From NCBI GenBank assembly GCA_002269645.1, contig NIVC01001321.1, positions 28,858 through 92,857 on the forward strand: a stretch of 64,000 bases of DNA, in the 5' to 3' direction. The first letter of the stretch is position 1. Each line of letters starts with the position of its first letter. The notes beneath the pieces were generated by a model, which did not search any database, had not been told where the DNA came from, and saw nothing but the letters and a program-made list of their open reading frames with translations. Positions 33,701 through 45,635 of this stretch are shown here, in pieces. A program made the translations under genes and the position numbers. Origin of the DNA: Macrostomum lignano. Taxonomy: Eukaryota.

Positions 33701-34194
33701 TAATAATTTCAGTGAGGAAGTGAGGACAGCAGTGGGAATGTGAAGACATCAGTAGGAGGTTCGTACTTTAGTCGGTGAAAATAAAAAACAGAAGAGTTTC
33801 AAGAGAAAACGAAGCAAAAGTAGCAAAAAGCGGCCGTCTATCTGCCCCACAGCCCGTGCAGCTTCCAGCACTCCAACCTTCCTCCTCTCTCCTTTTTTCC
33901 AGGAGGAAGGGGGGGGCACGACAAGCCAGTTCTGCAGTTCAGAGGCCTGACAGCCAGATTGAGATGCGTGCAAAATCAATTTTTTGTTATTAAAAAATCG
34001 AGCTTTAAGTTCGCAAACTGGGTTTTAAAAAAATCACGTCTAAAAAGTGAAATCCTTTTTAACTCGACACGAGCTTTGAACTGCATGGGCGGCAAAGGAG
34101 TTGATTTGAACTCAGTAATAGGAACGGCCCAGGCAGGCTCAGAGAAGACAGAAGGAGAAAAACGAGGAGTTGGCTAAAGCTATTTTTTTTTTAG

Positions 34195-34780
34195 AGTAAA
34201 AGGAGAGGAGAGTAGATAGGAGCGGAGATGAGAAGGGAAAGGGAGAGAGGAGAGGAGAGAGGAAAAAGAGGGTACGAGAGGGGAGAGTAGAGAGGAGAGG
34301 AGAGAAAGGAGAGGGGAGAGGAGAGGAAAAAGGGTAGTAGAGAAAAGCAGAGATGAGATTGGAGATCGAGTAGAGAGAAGAGGAAAGAGAGGAGACGAGA
34401 CGAGAGATGAGAGAAGATGAGAGAAGAGGAGAGGGGAGAGTAGAGAGAAGAGGAGAGAAGAGGAGAGAAGAGGGGAGAGTAGAGAGAAGAGGAGAGAAGA
34501 GGAGAGGGGAGAGTAGAGAGTAGAGAGTAGCAAGGATGAGATGGGAGATGGAGAGTAGAAAGCAGAGGAAAGAGAGGAAACGAGACGAGAGATAAGAGAA
34601 GAGGAGAGGAGAGGAAACGAGACGAGAGATAAGAGAAGAGGAGAGGAGAGGGGAGATGAGAGGAAAGTAGAGAGAAGCAGATGAGAAGGGAGAGAGGAGA
34701 GAGGAGGTAGAGAGAAGCAGATGAGAAGGGAGAGAGGGTAGAGAGAAGCAGAAGCAGAGGCAAGGGGAGTATCGCAGGTG
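34195..34780. repeat. Polypurine (GA-rich) low-complexity tract
   Basis: Almost exclusively A/G on the plus strand. Confidence 0.95.
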
Positions 34781-35434
34781 GGAGGGGTGGCCGTGGGGAG
34801 AGCTCAGAAGATATAATAAGGAAAAGAGAGGTGCAGATTGAAGCAGGTTAGGAGCAGAGAAAAATACTCACGGAAGAAGAAGTGTCTGAAAAGCATATTC
34901 GAGTCGGGAAAAGCTGATGGACACTCAGTGACGGATAAAGAAGCTTAAAAGCCACAAAAGCATTTTGTTAGAGTCTTTAAAAAGGCAGACAGAAAGTCGC
35001 TGTTGGCGGGGCAGCAGAGGACCGCGGTATTAGGGAAAACGGAAGACTTAACCATTAGGCGGGGAGCGGGCAGTCCCATCCGCATCTGCTCTGCCCCGCG
35101 CAGAGCAAACTTTTCATGCATAATAAATGCCGTAATTATATAAAAGTATGATTTAGCCTACCATAAGCATATTGCAACTCATACTAATGTATTTAATAAA
35201 ACTCCTGCGCAGAAACATAACTCTGGCTGGATGGCATAAGGTAGGCGAAACAGGGAGATGAAAACTTACTCACTTCCTAATAGGGATAATTATACCCTGT
35301 CCTGATTGGCGAGCGCAACGATACGATTAATTAAGATTATGTCAATCAATTCTAAGGTGCCCCAGGCTTCTATTCTGTTAATCTGTAGTTCACCTCGTCC
35401 TTTAGGTCATTAGAACTTGATACTATGAATTGGA

Positions 35435-36610
35435 AGGTCATGACCCTGTCTTTAGGGCAGTCATGACCTGTGTTTAGGGCAGTCATGACCCTGTGTTTAG
35501 GGCAGTCATGACCTGTGTTTAGGGCAGTCATGACCCTGTGTTTAGGGCAGTCATGACCCTGTGTTTAGGGCAGTCATGACCCTGTGTTTAGGGCAGTCAT
35601 GACCATGCGTTTAGGGCAGTCATGACCCTGTGTTTAGGGCAGTCATGACCCTGTGTTTAGGGCAGTCATGACCCTGTGTTTAGGGCAGTCATGACCCTGT
35701 GTTTAGGGCAGTCATGACCTGTGTTTAGGGCAGTCATGACCATGCGTTTAGGGCAGTCATGACCCTGTGTTTAGGGCAGTCATGACCTGTGTTTAGGGCA
35801 GTCATGACCCTGTGTTTAGGGCAGTCATGACCCTGTGTTTAGGGCAGTCATGACCCTGTGTTTAGGGCAGTCATGACCTGTGTTTAGGGCAGTCATGACC
35901 CTGTGTTTAGGGCAGTCATGACCCTGTGTTTAGGGCAGTCATGACCCTGTGTTTAGGGCAGTCATGACCCTGTGTTTAGGGCAGTCATGACCCTGTGTTT
36001 AGGGCAGACATGACCCTGTGCTTAGGGCAGTCATGACTCTGTGTTTAGGGCAGTAATGACCTGTGTTTAGGGCAGTCATGACCCTGTGTTTAGGGCAGAC
36101 ATGACCCTGTGTTTAGGGCAGTCATGACCCTGTGTTTAGGGCAGTCATGACCCTGTGTTTAGGGCAGTCATGACTCTGTGTTTAGGGCAGTAATGACCTG
36201 TGTTTAGGGCAGTCATGACCCTGTGTTTAGGGCAGACATGACCCTGTGCTTAGGGCAGTCATGACTCTGTGTTTAGGGCAGTAATGACCTGTGTTTAGGG
36301 CAGTCATGACCCTGTGTTTAGGGCAGACATGACCCTGTGTTTAGGGCAGTCATGACCTTGTGTTTATGGCAGTCATGACTCTGTACAGCAGTCATAACCC
36401 TGTTTCGGGAGGTCATGGCCCTGCTATGAGAGGTCATGGCCCTGCTATGAGAGGTCATGGCCCTTCTATGATAGGTCATGGCCCTGCTATGAGAGGTCAT
36501 GGTCCTGCTATGAGAGGTCATGGCCCTGCTATGAGAGGTCATGGCCCTGCTATGAGAGGTCATGGCCCTGCTATGAGAGGTCATGGTCCTGCTATGAGAG
36601 GCCATGACCC
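35435..36610. repeat. Bipartite array: 23-bp TTTAGGGCAGTCATGACCCTGTG (35435-36375), then 21-bp GAGAGGTCATGGCCCTGCTAT (36405-36610)
   Basis: About 40 + 10 units; shared core GTCATGRCCCTG. Confidence 0.97.
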
Positions 36611-37504
36611 TGTATTACTAGGTGAGTCGTGACTCCGGCTTATGGAATGTCATAAGCCCAGGCTTCTAGGACATAGCAAGAAAGATTTATATATACTTGT
36701 CTTGCAGGTCCGTGTTTAAACACTAGGTCAGAGTCAATAACTGCAGATACGCTACATTCTACTCTAAACCATGCACCAGTAAAGCGTGAGCGCAAGCAAA
36801 AATAAGCAAGTCAAGTAGAAAAGTTGAATGAAAATTTATTAATATTTGGCCAACTATAGGCTTCAATGTAATAAAGCAGTGAGGAACACCGAGCTCACCA
36901 TAACAGTAATATTCTGCAGTGTTACAGACAGATTCTATTGCCAATAGTTAAGTATACAGAAATAGAATATTCGAAGGAGAGAAATGGCGCACTTTAAGGA
37001 CACTGGAAGCTGGACAACTAACCAAGGAAAGACAATTAAATTGCCAAATCTACCGAAATCAGGGCTTAGTAAATTCTGGCAAAGCTAGTTACTATGCATA
37101 CTAAATTATGCACATAGTAAGGTTCATAGCCTTTTATTCTGAACTACTCACAAATTTTTGTCTAAAGCTAATTCCAAAAGATTCCCATCATATACTACTC
37201 AGAAAATGCGTTAAGTAGTGCGCTGTATGGTCCAAAACAATTCTACGAAATAAAAGCGACTTGAGCAACGCACAATTCAGAAGAGTAGGCAGGGTTGAAA
37301 GCTTTCTCTCAGCTAAAATACAGCAAAAAAGATAAAAAAACAGGTCGATCTAAAAGGAAACAAAACAATGTCACTGAGAATCGCTGAAGCTTATTTTCAA
37401 AACTATCGCAGCGTAAGGAAATGATAAAATATGACTGAAAATTGCGCGGCTAAAATGGGACGATAAAATGGCATCTGACTCACATCTGGGCGGCTCCCGG
37501 TTCT

Positions 37505-38265
37505 TGGAGGGCGGATAGGGGGAGGTTCTTGGGGGCGGATAGGGGAGGTTCTTGGGGCGGATAGGGGGAGGTTCTTGGGGGCGGATAGGGGGGAGGTTCT
37601 TGGGAACGGATAGGGGGGAGGTTCTTCGGGGCGGATAGGGGGGAGGTTCTTGGGGCGGATAGGGGGGAGGTTCTTGGGAACGGATAGGGGGGAGGTTCTT
37701 CCGGGCGGATAGGGGGGAGGTTCTTGGGGGCGGATAGGGGGGAGGTTCTTGGGGGCGGATAGGGGGGAGGTTCTTGGGGGCGGATAGGGGAGAGGTTCTT
37801 GGGGGCGGATAGGGGGAGGTTCTTGGGGGCGGATAGGGGGAGGTTCTTGGGGGCGGATAGGGGGAGGTTCTTGGGGGCGGATAGGGGGAGGTTCTTGGGG
37901 CGGATAGGGGGAGGTTCTTGGGGCGGATAGGGGGAGGTTCTTGGGGTGGATAGGGGGAGGTTCTTGGGGTGGATAGGGGGAGGTTCTTGGGGTGGATAGG
38001 AGGTGAGCAGCGGTAATAGAGGTGGATAAAGAGCGGCAGTAGGTGGATAAAGAGCGGCAGTAGAAGTGGATAAAGAGCGGCAGTAGGTGGATAGGGGGAG
38101 GTTCTTGGGGTGGCTAGGGGGAGGTTCTTGGGGTGGATAGGAGGTGAGCAGCGGTAATAGAGGTGGATAAATAGCGGCAGTAGAGGTGGATAAAGAGCGG
38201 CAGTAGAGGTGGATAAAGAGCGGCAGTAGAAGTGGATAAAGAGCGGCAGTAGAGGTGGATAAGCA
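37505..38265. repeat. G-rich arrays: ~25-bp GGGCGGATAGGGGGGAGGTTCTTGG and 23-bp GAGCGGCAGTAGAGGTGGATAAA, just 3' of the type I receptor stop
   Basis: Directly visible. Confidence 0.95.
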
Positions 38266-38337
38266 GTGACTCTAAACTCGGATGCTGATGACAACAAAGG
38301 CCATTGAAAAGCCAGTTGGGTGCGCAGGACAATGAAT

Positions 38338-41300
38338 TCAATCTTGACCTGCAGCAGCCCCTAAAAGCTCCGCAGTCCGCTGCTTGACCCCCAGCGCTCC
38401 GAGCCGCTGGCCGGGTTCCGGGTGCCACAGCGCTTCCAGCAGGCCGTCGGCGAGGACGCGGCAGACGGGACCGCCGGCCAGCCAGGCGTCAGCAGGCAGG
38501 GCGGGCCTGGCGCACCGCGGCCGGCACACCAGCTGGCGCATGTCATCCAGGCTGGGATTGGCTGGCGCCCACTCGGCGTAGGGCAGACTGTAGGGCCCGA
38601 GGCAGCGCTGGCCGACCTCCCACAGCACCAAGCCGAGGGCGTACAAGTCGGCCTGCTGGAGGTTCGCGAAGCTGCCGAGCGCCGGACCGCCGTCAAGGAG
38701 CTGCGGGCTCAGGTAGCGGACAGTGCCAACTCGCCTGCGGTTTCGCACAAAATCAAAGGATTAAAAACCCTTCCCGCAACTTCATGGGAAAGATATACAA
38801 TTGAACTCAATGGGATTAAAATCCCACAACGTAACTCAATGGGGATTCAACTCCCACAATGTAACTCAATGGGAATTAAAATCCCACAATGAAACTCAAT
38901 GGGGATTCAACTCCCACAATGTAACTCAATGGGGATTAAAATCCCACAATGAAACTCAATGGGGATTCAACTCCCACAATGTAACTCAATGGGAATAAAA
39001 TCCCACAATGAAACTCATGGGAAAAAAATCCCACAATGTAACTCAGTGGGGATTAAAATCCCCCAATATAACTCAATGGGGATTAAAATCCCACAATGTA
39101 ATTCATGGGAATAAAATCCCACAATGTAACTCAATGGGGATTCAACTCCCACAATGTAACTCAATGGGAATAAAATCCCACAATGAAACTCAATGAGGAA
39201 TAATATCCCACAATGTAACTCAATGGGGATTCAACTCCCACAATGTAACTCAATGGGAATAAAATCCCACAATGAAACTCAATGAGGAATAATATCCCAC
39301 AATGTAACTCAATGGGGATTCAACTCCCACAATGTAACTCAATGGGAATAAAATCCCACAATGAAACTCAATGAGGAATAATATCCCACAATGTAACTCA
39401 ATGGGGATTCAACTCCCACAATGTAACTCAATGGGAATAAAATCCCACAATGAAACTCAATGTGGATTAAACTTTCACAATGTGACTCATGGGGATTAAA
39501 CCCCGACAATGTAACTCAAAGTGTATTATTAAACTTCCACAATGTGACTCATGGGGATTAAAATCCTAAAATGTAACTCAATGGGGATGAAAATCCCACA
39601 ATCCAACATGACAAAATAATGGGGATTAAGGCCAAAAATCAGTTCAATGAGAATTAAAATTGAAGAGGCAGACAGAGACAGACCTGTCCCCATCCCGCCG
39701 CAGCTCGTCAGTCTCCCTGACGGCCAGTCCGAAGTCCGCCAGGCAGCAGGTGAGGTCGGCCTTCACCAGAATATTATTCGATTTCACGTCGCAGTGCGCG
39801 ATGCCGGGCTTAACGAAACCGGCCGAGATGAGCTCGGTGTGCAGGTGGGCCAGGCCGGTCACAATGCTGTGGCACATGCCGGCTGCCACCCGACAGCTGA
39901 TGCTGTGCTCCATCAGGTAGGTCTGGCCAATGAGAATGGGGCAGAGTGAATCTCAGCTCTGAGATTATCGCTGACACAGATAATCTTACACCTGTACCGA
40001 TAGAGTCTGAGACTATCACTGACACAGATAATCTCACACCTGTACCGATAGAGTCTGAGACTATCATTGACACAGATAATCTTACACCTGTACCCATAGA
40101 GTCTGAGATTATCACTGACACGGATAATCTCACACCTGTACCGATAGAGTCTGAGATTGTCACTGACACAGATAATCTCACACCTGTACCGATAGAGTCT
40201 GAGATTATCACTGACACGGATAATCTCCCACCTGTACCCATAGAGTCTGATATTATCACTGACACGGATAATCTCACACCTGTACCGATAGAGTCTGAGA
40301 TTATCACTGACACGGATAATCTCACACCTGTACCGATAGAGTATGAGATTATCACTGACACGGATAATCTCACACCTGTACCCATAGAGTATGAGATTAT
40401 CACTTACACAGATAATCTCACACCTGTACCGATAGAGTATGAGACGATCACTGACACAGATAATCTCACACCTGTACCGATAGAGTCTGAGACTATCACT
40501 GACACAGATAATCTTACACCTGTACCCATAGAGTCTGGGATTATCACTGACACAGATAATCTCACACCTGTACCGATAGAGTCTGAGATTGTCACTGACA
40601 CAGATAATCTTACACCTGTACCCATAGAGTCTGAGACTATCACTGACACAGATAATCTTACACCTGTACCCATAGAGTCTGGGATTATCACTGACACAGA
40701 GATAATCTCACACCTGTACCCATAGAGAATGAGATTATCACTGACACGGATAATCTCACACCTGTACCGATAGTCTGGGATTATCACTGACACGGATAAT
40801 CTTACACCTGTACCCATAGAGTATGAGATTATCACTGACACAGATAACCTCACACCTGCACCGACACTATAAGGATATCAAATGACGGAGAATAGCTATG
40901 GCTATAAAGGGCGACCATCCTCAGCCCCCAACGCAGCCGCAGACCTGCAGGGACCCGTTGGCATGGTAATCGGTGATCAGCCACAGCTGAGTTTCCCAGC
41001 CGGCGTCCACGTTGTCAATAGCGATGAAGCCCAGGATGCTGGGGTGCGCCAGGCCAGGCGTGGCGTAGATCTCGCCTTCCCGAGACCAGGAGGCCTCCGC
41101 CCGGCTGTGAAAAATCTTCACCGCCACCGTGTCGCTGACCTCTCCGGTGCGCCACGTGCCCTGCGATGACAGACGGGAGCAATGGGATTTTGATAGACTT
41201 ATGTCTGTCTGTTTTAATGTCTGTCTGTTTTAATGTCTGTCTGTCTGTTTTAATGTCTGTCTGTTTTAATGTCTGTCTGTTTTAATGTCTGTCTGTCTGT

Positions 41301-41665
41301 TTTAATGTCTGTCCGTCTGTTTTAATGTCTGTTAGTCTGTTTTAATGTCTGTCCGTCTGTCTGTCCGTCTGTTTTAATGTCTGTCTGTCTGTTTTAATGT
41401 CTGTCTGTTTTAATGTCTGTCTGTCTGTTTTAATGTCTGTCCGTCTGTTTTAATGTCTGTCTGTCTGTCTGTACGTATGTTTTAGTGTCTGTCTGTCTGT
41501 CTGTCCGTATGTTTTAGTGTCTGTCTGTCTGTCTGTTCGTCTGTTTTAGTGTCTGTCTGTATGTATGTCTGTCTGTCTGTATGTCTGTTTTAATGTCTGT
41601 CTGTCTGTTTTAGTGTCTGTCTGTCTTAATGTCTTAGTGTTTGTACGTCTGGCAGTCTGACTATC

Positions 41666-41700
<35 letters not shown>

Positions 41701-41703
41701 TAA

Positions 41704-41742
<39 letters not shown>

Positions 41743-42509
41743 TTGTCCGTCTGTCTCTCTTAGTGTCTGTACATCTGTCTGTCTGTCCGGCTGTCTTAGT
41801 GACGTTAGTGTATGTCTTACGAGCGTAGAGCCTGGGCTCCAGGCCTCCATCTCTCACCCTGAAAACCTGGCCAAACCGGCCCTGCCCGACCGGGCAATCC
41901 ACCGTGGTGTCCCTGGCGATGGTCCGCCTAACCAGGTGCGGATTTCCGTAGCCGCTGCTGGAACAGCCCTGCTGCTGCTGCTGCCGCCAAACCGACGCCA
42001 GCTCATGCTGATGAAGCCGACCCTCGGCCCCAGCCTCCTGCTCCTGGTGCAGCCGCTGCATCAGCACATTTTGATCTCGCACGCTGTCGGCATCGGCGGC
42101 GCCACCCCGCCGGCCTCGGAAGAGCCGCATCCGGGCCAGCAGGCGGTTCAGCTTGTCGCGCCTCGGCAGGCCGCCGCAGCGCTGGCAGGCGAGGACCAGG
42201 CCGGCGGTGGCAGTGGCCAGGGCCGCCAGTCCTACGAAGCCGGCGACAGCGCTAGCGAACGCCGAGGCCGCCGTCCAGCCGCCTGGCTGCCTGGGCGGGC
42301 CGAAGCGCAGCTGGCTTAAATTGGAGAGCCGCACCGCCTGCTGCTGAGCATCGATCAGCGGCATCGCCTCGGCCAGGTTGCAGAGACTGCCGTTTTTGCA
42401 ACAATTTCTGCCCGGCGACAGGTGGCAAAATGAGCCAGCTAGCAGAGACACCGTGGCGTCGGACTCGGCAGATGGGGAGTCAGCAATTAACTGGCGGCGA
42501 GTCAGGCAC
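38338..42509 (-). CDS. TGF-beta/activin type I receptor Ser/Thr kinase (ALK4/5/7-babo-like L45 loop), 5'-incomplete; exons 42509-41858, 41160-40945, 39922-39684, 38734-38338
   Basis: Cys box [11 protein letters not shown] ([26 protein letters not shown]), GS-like [28 protein letters not shown]|[64 protein letters not shown]. All introns GT-AG with matching phases (0,0,2). Signal-peptide exon not found. Confidence 0.9.
38800..39600. repeat. ~29-bp minisatellite ATCCCACAATGTAACTCAATGGG(G)ATTAAA in a receptor intron
   Basis: About 27 units with several variants. Confidence 0.95.
39960..40865. repeat. 48-bp minisatellite TCTCACACCTGTACCGATAGAGTCTGAGATTATCACTGACACAGATAA in a receptor intron
   Basis: About 19 units; appears as a 16-aa repeat ORF. 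Confidence 0.97.
41200..41790. repeat. (CTGT)n microsatellite with TTTAAT/TTAGT interruptions in a receptor intron
   Basis: Directly visible. Confidence 0.96.
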
Positions 42510-43810
42510 CTGGGTGTTTTGGGGAGATTAGAGACATGGGGAGCAGTCTGTCAGCTGGGTGTATTGGGGAGATTAGAGACATGGGGAGCAGTCTGTCAGC
42601 TGGGTGTTTTGGGGAGATTAGAGACATGTGGAGCAGTCTGTCAGCTGGGTGTTTTGGGGAGATTAGAGACATGTGGAGCAGTCTGTCAGCTGGGTGTTTT
42701 GGGGAGATTAGAGACATGTGGAGCAGTCTGTCAGCTGGGTGTTTTGGGGAGATTAGAGACATGGGGAGCAGTCTGTCAGCTAAGTGTATTGGGGAGATTA
42801 GAGACATGTGGAGCAGTCTGTCAGCTGGGTGTTTTGGGGAGATTAGAGACATGTGGAGCAGTCTGTCAGCTAAGTGTATTGGGGAGATTAGAGACATGGG
42901 GAGCAGTCTGTCAGCTAAGTGTATTGGGGAGATTAGAGACATGTGGAGCAGTCTGTCAGCTAAGTGTATTCCCAAGGAGATTAGAGACATGGGGAGCAGT
43001 CTGTCAGCTAAGTGTATTGGGGAGATTAGAGACATGTGGAGCAGTCTGTCAGCTAAGTGTATTGGGGAGATTAGAGACATGTGGAGCAGTCTGTCAGCTG
43101 GGTGTTTTGGGGAGATTAGAGACATGGGGAGCAGTCTGTCAGCTAAGTGTATTGGGGAGATTAGAGACATGGGGAGCAGTCTGTGAGCTGGGTGTTTTGG
43201 GGAGATTAGAGACATGTGGAGCAGTCTGTCAGCTAAGTGTATTGGGGAGATTAGAGACATGTGGAGCAGTCTGTCAGCTAAGTGTATTGGGGAGATTAGA
43301 GACATGGGGAGCAGTCTGTCAGCTAAGTGTATTGGGGAGATTAGAGACATGTGGAGCAGTCTGTCAGCTAAGTGTATTGGGGAGATTAGAGACATGTGGA
43401 GCAGTCTGTCAGCTAAGTGTATTGGGGAGATTAGAGATATGGGGAGCGTCTGTCAGCTAAGTGTATTGGGGAGATTAGAGACATGTGGAGCAGTCTGTCA
43501 GCTAAGTGTATTGGGGAGATTAGAGACATGTGGAGCAGTCTGTCAGCTAAGTGTATTGGGGAGATTAGAGACATGGGGAGCAGTCTGTGAGCTGGGTGTT
43601 TTGGGGAGATTAGAGACATGTGGAGCAGTCTGTGAGCTGGGTGTTTTGGGGAGATTAGAGGCATGGGGAGCAGTCTGTCAGCTGGGTGTTTTGGGGAGAT
43701 TAGAGACATGTGGAGCAGTCTGTGAGCTGGGTGTTTTGGGGAGATTAGAGGCATGGGGAGCAGTCTGTCAGCTAAGTGTTTTGGGGAAATTAGAGACATG
43801 GGGAACAGTC
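42510..43810. repeat. 45-bp minisatellite GGGGAGATTAGAGACATGKGGAGCAGTCTGTCAGCT(AAGTGTATT/GGGTGTTTT)
   Basis: About 29 units; abuts the receptor exon at 42509. Confidence 0.98.
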
Positions 43811-44405
43811 TGTACATGCTTGGGGCTCAGTAGTCAGGACTCAGCAGAAGGGGCATAACTGCCTGCTCAATGGCTGCAAGTCCTACCTACCTCAAGTACT
43901 ACTCAAGTAGGATAGGAAACTACATTTCTTGAAAAAATTTGGGAAGCAGGTTTTACTAAAAATACACTACAGAGATAGCACGTTATCAATTTTTTAGTAC
44001 TCTGTGTTTATCTTTTAATATCTCTTATCTTTTTATAGCTCTATTGATATGCAAAAGTTTTTTTAATTTAAGATTCTTTGTTAGTTTTAATTCAGACATC
44101 TGATTCAGTAAATCATTATATTTTTAACTAGCAAAGAATAAAAAACATAGGATTAATTGTCCTAGTTTTTTAAGTACTCCATGATAAAATCCCTATTGAA
44201 AAGAGTTGCTAAATGACAGACAGCTATCCAGCACATTTTAAAAATGACCATGCAGTGCAGCATATTTTCTGTAAGATGGCACTAGGTATGGCATAGCGCG
44301 GTGCAACACAATATGACATTTGGTGCTGCGCTTAGAATCTATGTCAAAACAGTCAAGCAAGGAATGGCCTAAATGTCATAAGTTAGCAAAGTTATTTGGA
44401 ATGCT

Positions 44406-44687
44406 TCACGTAACAGTGCTGCTTATGTGTGCCACCACTGCTAAAGCAATGCAAAGTGCCAAAAAAGTTGCTTTATTGTCACAATGCCTCTTAGGCCCAG
44501 GTGTGCACTTGGTCTTTTCATTCATACTTTTACATAGATCATTTGTAGACATATAGCATTTTGAATGCTCTAAAGGCAAATTTATAGTACAGCATAGTGG
44601 TTTATTAATAAGGTGAAGAAACTGCTGTTTTACATCTTCAAAACATGACTCATTTCTTTTTAAGAGTGACCCCTTAATACATTTTTG
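44406..44687 (-). CDS. Terminal exon of an AT-rich Cys-rich protein gene with a hydrophobic C-terminus (GPI signal or TM-like); carries a near-identical copy of a module from the 46337-45748 exon
   Basis: TCTAG|CAA acceptor and 93 open codons: QKCIKGSLLKRNESCFEDVKQQFLHLINKPLCCTINLPLEHSKCYMSTNDLCKSMNEKTKCTPGPKRHCDNKATFLALCIALAVVAHISSTVT*. Not in the ORF track. Confidence 0.55.
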   Translation of the reverse strand, partial: QKCIKGSLLKRNESCFEDVKQQFLHLINKPLCCTINLPLEHSKCYMSTNDLCKSMNEKTKCTPGPKRHCDNKATFLALCIALAVVAHISSTVT

Positions 44688-44769
44688 CTAGACCCTTGAT
44701 GTGCATACACGCATTCTTAGATTTTATTTTTAGTATATAGGACTAAAATAGGGGATGAAAGGATTATAA

Positions 44770-45385
44770 TCATTTTGGTAACAAGATATTTTGGTGACAA
44801 TTGTTTTGGTGACAAGCAAAAGTCATTTCGGTGACAAGAAAATACCCTTTGGTAATAGCCATTTTGTTTTTAAACAGTAAATTACCTTGCAAATCTTAAG
44901 GGATATCAAGCCTTAACTTTTTAATAATTTTCTACAATGGTTGAACATTGCTTTATTTAATTTTGTTTATTTACAATTCCAGAATTGCAATCTTTTGAAT
45001 TGATATATTTTACAATCCAATTCCAATTGTGTCTAGTGAATATATCTGCTTTTCTTATAGTCAGCATTTAATAATCTCTATAGGTTTATGGTTTATGTGT
45101 CTGAATATTCTGAGAAATTCAAAACAATCTGCACAGAAAGAAAACCAAATAATTAGTTTAATTTTTTTTCTTACATATACTAATCTTTTGGTGGAAATTT
45201 TCAAATATGAACAAAACATGAATCTTAACAAAATAACTATAAGCTAATATTATTAAGCACCTATACCTTCTATCACTAAAATGACTATAATTATATATTC
45301 TTTAATTTTAAAAGCAACTTGTCACCAAAATGACTATTTGTCACCAAAACATCTGTCACCAAAATGACTTGTTACCAAAACAACT
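44770..45385. mobile_element. Foldback/MITE-like element with inverted clusters of TTTTGGTRACAA motifs
   Basis: TTTTGGTAACAAG/TTTTGGTGACAA repeats at 44773-44855; inverted TTGTCACCAAAA/CTTGTTACCAAAA at 45318-45381. Ends and TSD not defined. Confidence 0.5.
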
Positions 45386-45635
45386 AGTACTCGGATGAAA
45401 TGACTCACTAGATAAACAAAGTCCTTAAGGAAGAAGTAATATTAGTTTTTTACAAGTATATTAGTTTTCCAATAGTTTGTACTATTATATTAAAAATTTA
45501 AATGTTAAAAAAGTTATAAGTATAAAATTTTCATAAATTATAATTGTAAATATTTAGTATATTTTTGCATATTCACTCAAAATAGACATAAGTATAAAAA
45601 GAAAGAATAATAAAATGTGAAGAGACCTCACTGGC

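Noticed and set aside
39946-40725. 259-aa acidic 16-aa-repeat ORF ([15 protein letters not shown])
   Set aside because: Antisense to a well-supported intron; open only because the 48-bp unit is a multiple of 3.
42378-43858. Leucine-rich-repeat-like ORFs (LGVLGRLETCGAVCQ)
   Set aside because: Translation of the 45-bp array antisense to the receptor; lacks the LxxLxLxxN pattern.
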